64,000 bases of DNA from Tubulanus polymorphus (Eukaryota; Animalia; Nemertea), in assembly GCF_964204645.1 (NCBI RefSeq), contig NC_134026.1, positions 21,858,150 to 21,922,149 on the forward strand, given 5' to 3'. This document shows, piece by piece, positions 61,248-64,000 of the stretch; positions within the stretch are counted from its first letter, which is position 1, and each line of letters begins with the position of its first letter. The position numbers and the translations under genes were made by a program. Below the pieces are notes generated by a model, which saw only the letters and a program-made list of their open reading frames with translations, had not been told where the DNA came from and ran no database searches.

Positions 61248-62229
61248 AAATAATCAATTGAATCGATAGTTTTTGACAATAGCAGAAACCATCGTTTTGT
61301 ACGTGCAATAGATGTTTTCTGGGAAAAAATATGTTTCAGACGTGCTTCGAAGAAATGATTACCACCAGATGATATATCGTTGCCTACACTGGCAATATTG
61401 GAAAATTCGCTCTACATTTCATCGGCGAAGCCAATGAATTCCCCCCCCCCCCCAAGAATAGAAAGCATTTTGGAGTAATTCGACACCGAGGGTTACCGGG
61501 AAAAGGGAAAAGAACGTATGATATGAAAAGCCGATTATTTCCCAGGATCAGAATAAGGATAAAAAAAGTCATTGAACTACCAACAATAATCTAAATAAAC
61601 CTGATAATATTTCACTGCTTCAGTTTCTCGGGGCTTAAATTTGTGGCTAATGAAGAAACGTGATATATTGACTGGAACGAATTGCTTTCCTTTTTTTTAT
61701 CAATTTCTGCAGCTTATGACGTCATTAGCAACGTTTTCTCTTAAAACCTAGTCCTTCCTCTTACATCACGATGGATTAAGGCTATCTTAGTAAGTAAAAA
61801 AACTTTTCGAGCAGTCGACATCAAAACGTATTAATTATATCTCGTTGATGTACGCGCTGAAGTAGAGTCCCCTACTATTAATTTGATTACGTACATTAAT
61901 AGCCACTTCGTTAATGCAATTGGCTGCAGACTTGAAAACCCTTCCTCATTCGCAAGGCTCACGTTCAAAGAAACCTTTCGCCCATATTCTATTATTAGTA
62001 TTCGAATATGATTTCAAAATATGATTCTCGTTTCTTTGAAATACTGCGAAGCAAAATGGACGAGTAGCCTAAAAACGCTTATTTTCTTCGTTATCAAACA
62101 TCGGGCATCGCCACACACGGTTCGTTGATCTCTCCGCTGATTCTTTCATAAAACATGAATCAGACTGCCGAAACAACCCACGAAAAAAAAAAAAACAAGA
62201 CAAAAACGAGATGAAAGAAAAACACTTAC

Positions 62230-62383
62230 CTGACATGTGAGACCTCCAGAGAGGACTGAGCTTGTTGCCGCGCGTGATGTCCATCGGGAAGTAGTCATCA
62301 TCCGTCGTTAATCCGCAATCGTGCACAAAAATACGATCATGACCGCGTGCGTTGTCCACCATCGACGACGACGATCCGTGCAT
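62230..62383 (-). CDS. Candidate PDE4 alternative first exon (MHGSSSSMVDNARG...)
   Basis: 51 codons ending CAG|GTAAGT in phase 1, compatible with exon 48344. Confidence 0.6.
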
Positions 62384-64000
62384 CGTGGCGCAACTACCGA
62401 CTACACTTCAACAACTCGAATGCAAACTACATTTATACGCTTCGCTTTCAAAGGCGAGCTCTCATCAAAAGTGTGAAAGCACAACACAGCGTGCCAACTA
62501 CGCCACGCGGTTTGTTCAATCGTTCGTTCGTTCGTTCGTTCGTTCGGGATAGAAACCGCCAGCAACTGCGTAGTCCTCCTCCTCTTCCTCCTCTCTGTAG
62601 CATCTATAGCAACGGTAACTACTGATTTGTTTGTATATCGCCAACTACGGCTGGCTTCATGCACACACGTGTTCAAAAATGTGAATGTATTTTGTTTTGA
62701 GTGTTAACACGTACTGCCTTTTTCATTTTTGACCTATGATATTTGCCTCCTTCTTCGTACAGTACAGTTAGTACACATTTTTGACATTTCGACAAATGAA
62801 AGCGCTTGCTCCGGGCACACAATAAAGAAATACGATCGGATGGTATAACTTTTCTCTAAAACCTTGACGTAGAGTCAATATGTTTTTACTTTGAATTTTC
62901 ACGAGTAGTGAAAATTCTCCATTGGATATGTTACGATTATACAAGATTTCGGTGAACCCAAACTTTCAGGACTAAAGGTCTTTTATGAATATTCGTTCAA
63001 TTTGACAAAACAAATAGCATGGTGCATTTTGGATTTTAGATGAAGAACGATGCATCGGTAACTTTCTTATGTCGATCCGGAAAGTTGTAGAATTAACGCT
63101 TGGGTGACTAATATAAAGCATGCCAGACGAACGTCGAGTTCATTTTGAGGATGGCCATCACTGCCGACGCCGCCACCATATCCGCAGCGATAATCAACAC
63201 TCATAAAAGCAGGAGATTATTACCCGTGGAGGGTCTTCATGGCGGTCACAAATTGACAAGTTTCTTCCGCTGGAATAATGACAGCCGGATCGGCTGGAGA
63301 AGTATTCGCAAGGCGGCTATTCATGATGAAAGTTGATCGAGTTTTTCGCTCAATTTTTACAGCTTCATTCATATTCATATATTACTCGGGAGGATGGTTC
63401 AATCTACATGCAGACATCGCAGGTTTTTTCCCCCAATCAAAAACTGCTTCGTTCGGACTCGCGATTCTTTAGATTTGCGTTACCGTGGGATGATCGTGTG
63501 CCTGTGAATGCCGAATTGATCCAAGTCATTAGCGACTATTGTTTAGAGATGAGCTCGTATGTCGAGCGCGCACGAATTCAAGCAATTACGTGTTCTTTTA
63601 AAAGACTAGACGAAGACGTCATCATCGCCAGCTATAGCAGCATCATCGACAAGACAGCCACGTTCTTGTTATTTGGGAGTGTGAAGCGTTTCAACTGCTG
63701 CATAAATAATTCCGAACATCTCTTCCGAGATGGCTCGTTTTTCCGACTTTCCTCTGTCGCAGCGTCGAAGGCAATCGATTGGCGACTGAGCGCCATCACG
63801 TCGTGTATACGCTGTCCCGTTCATATATGATCCCGTTTTCACGCTGTTAAGCCTTTGATGTCAACAGGTTTTGGATTATGCATCTTACGAAGAAACTCAC
63901 TTCCCTTCCTTGAAAATATACACCGCCAACGTTGCATATTTGCATACCGGTGCAAAAACAATTCCATCAATTATGCAAGTACAAACATCTTTCGAGCGAG

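Noticed and set aside
63333-63830. 165-aa plus-strand ORF
   Set aside because: Non-ATG start, no recognisable motif, and antisense to the presumed PDE4 5' region.

Overview
AT-rich, intron-rich animal genomic DNA, most likely from an invertebrate; the species cannot be determined from the sequence. From left to right: (1) the last six exons of an AMPK catalytic alpha subunit gene (+). (2) A complete four-exon RPL37 gene (+) whose third intron holds three copies of an H/ACA snoRNA resembling SNORA48. (3) A ~6 kb tandem duplication giving two intact two-exon genes (-) for N-terminally hydrophobic HxxxDG acyltransferases, plus an orphan copy of the RPL37 last exon and half a snoRNA. (4) A transposon-dense zone that includes a 9.75 kb Foldback-type element with kb-long minisatellite inverted arms and an 8-bp target-site duplication (TSD). 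(5) Most of a PDE4/dunce cAMP phosphodiesterase gene (-), with a tandemly duplicated 123-bp catalytic-domain exon (probably mutually exclusive), several candidate alternative first exons, and an intronic hammerhead-like motif. All exon coordinates were derived by manual splicing and all family assignments are from recalled motifs, not database searches. Most ORFs in the supplied track are spurious.
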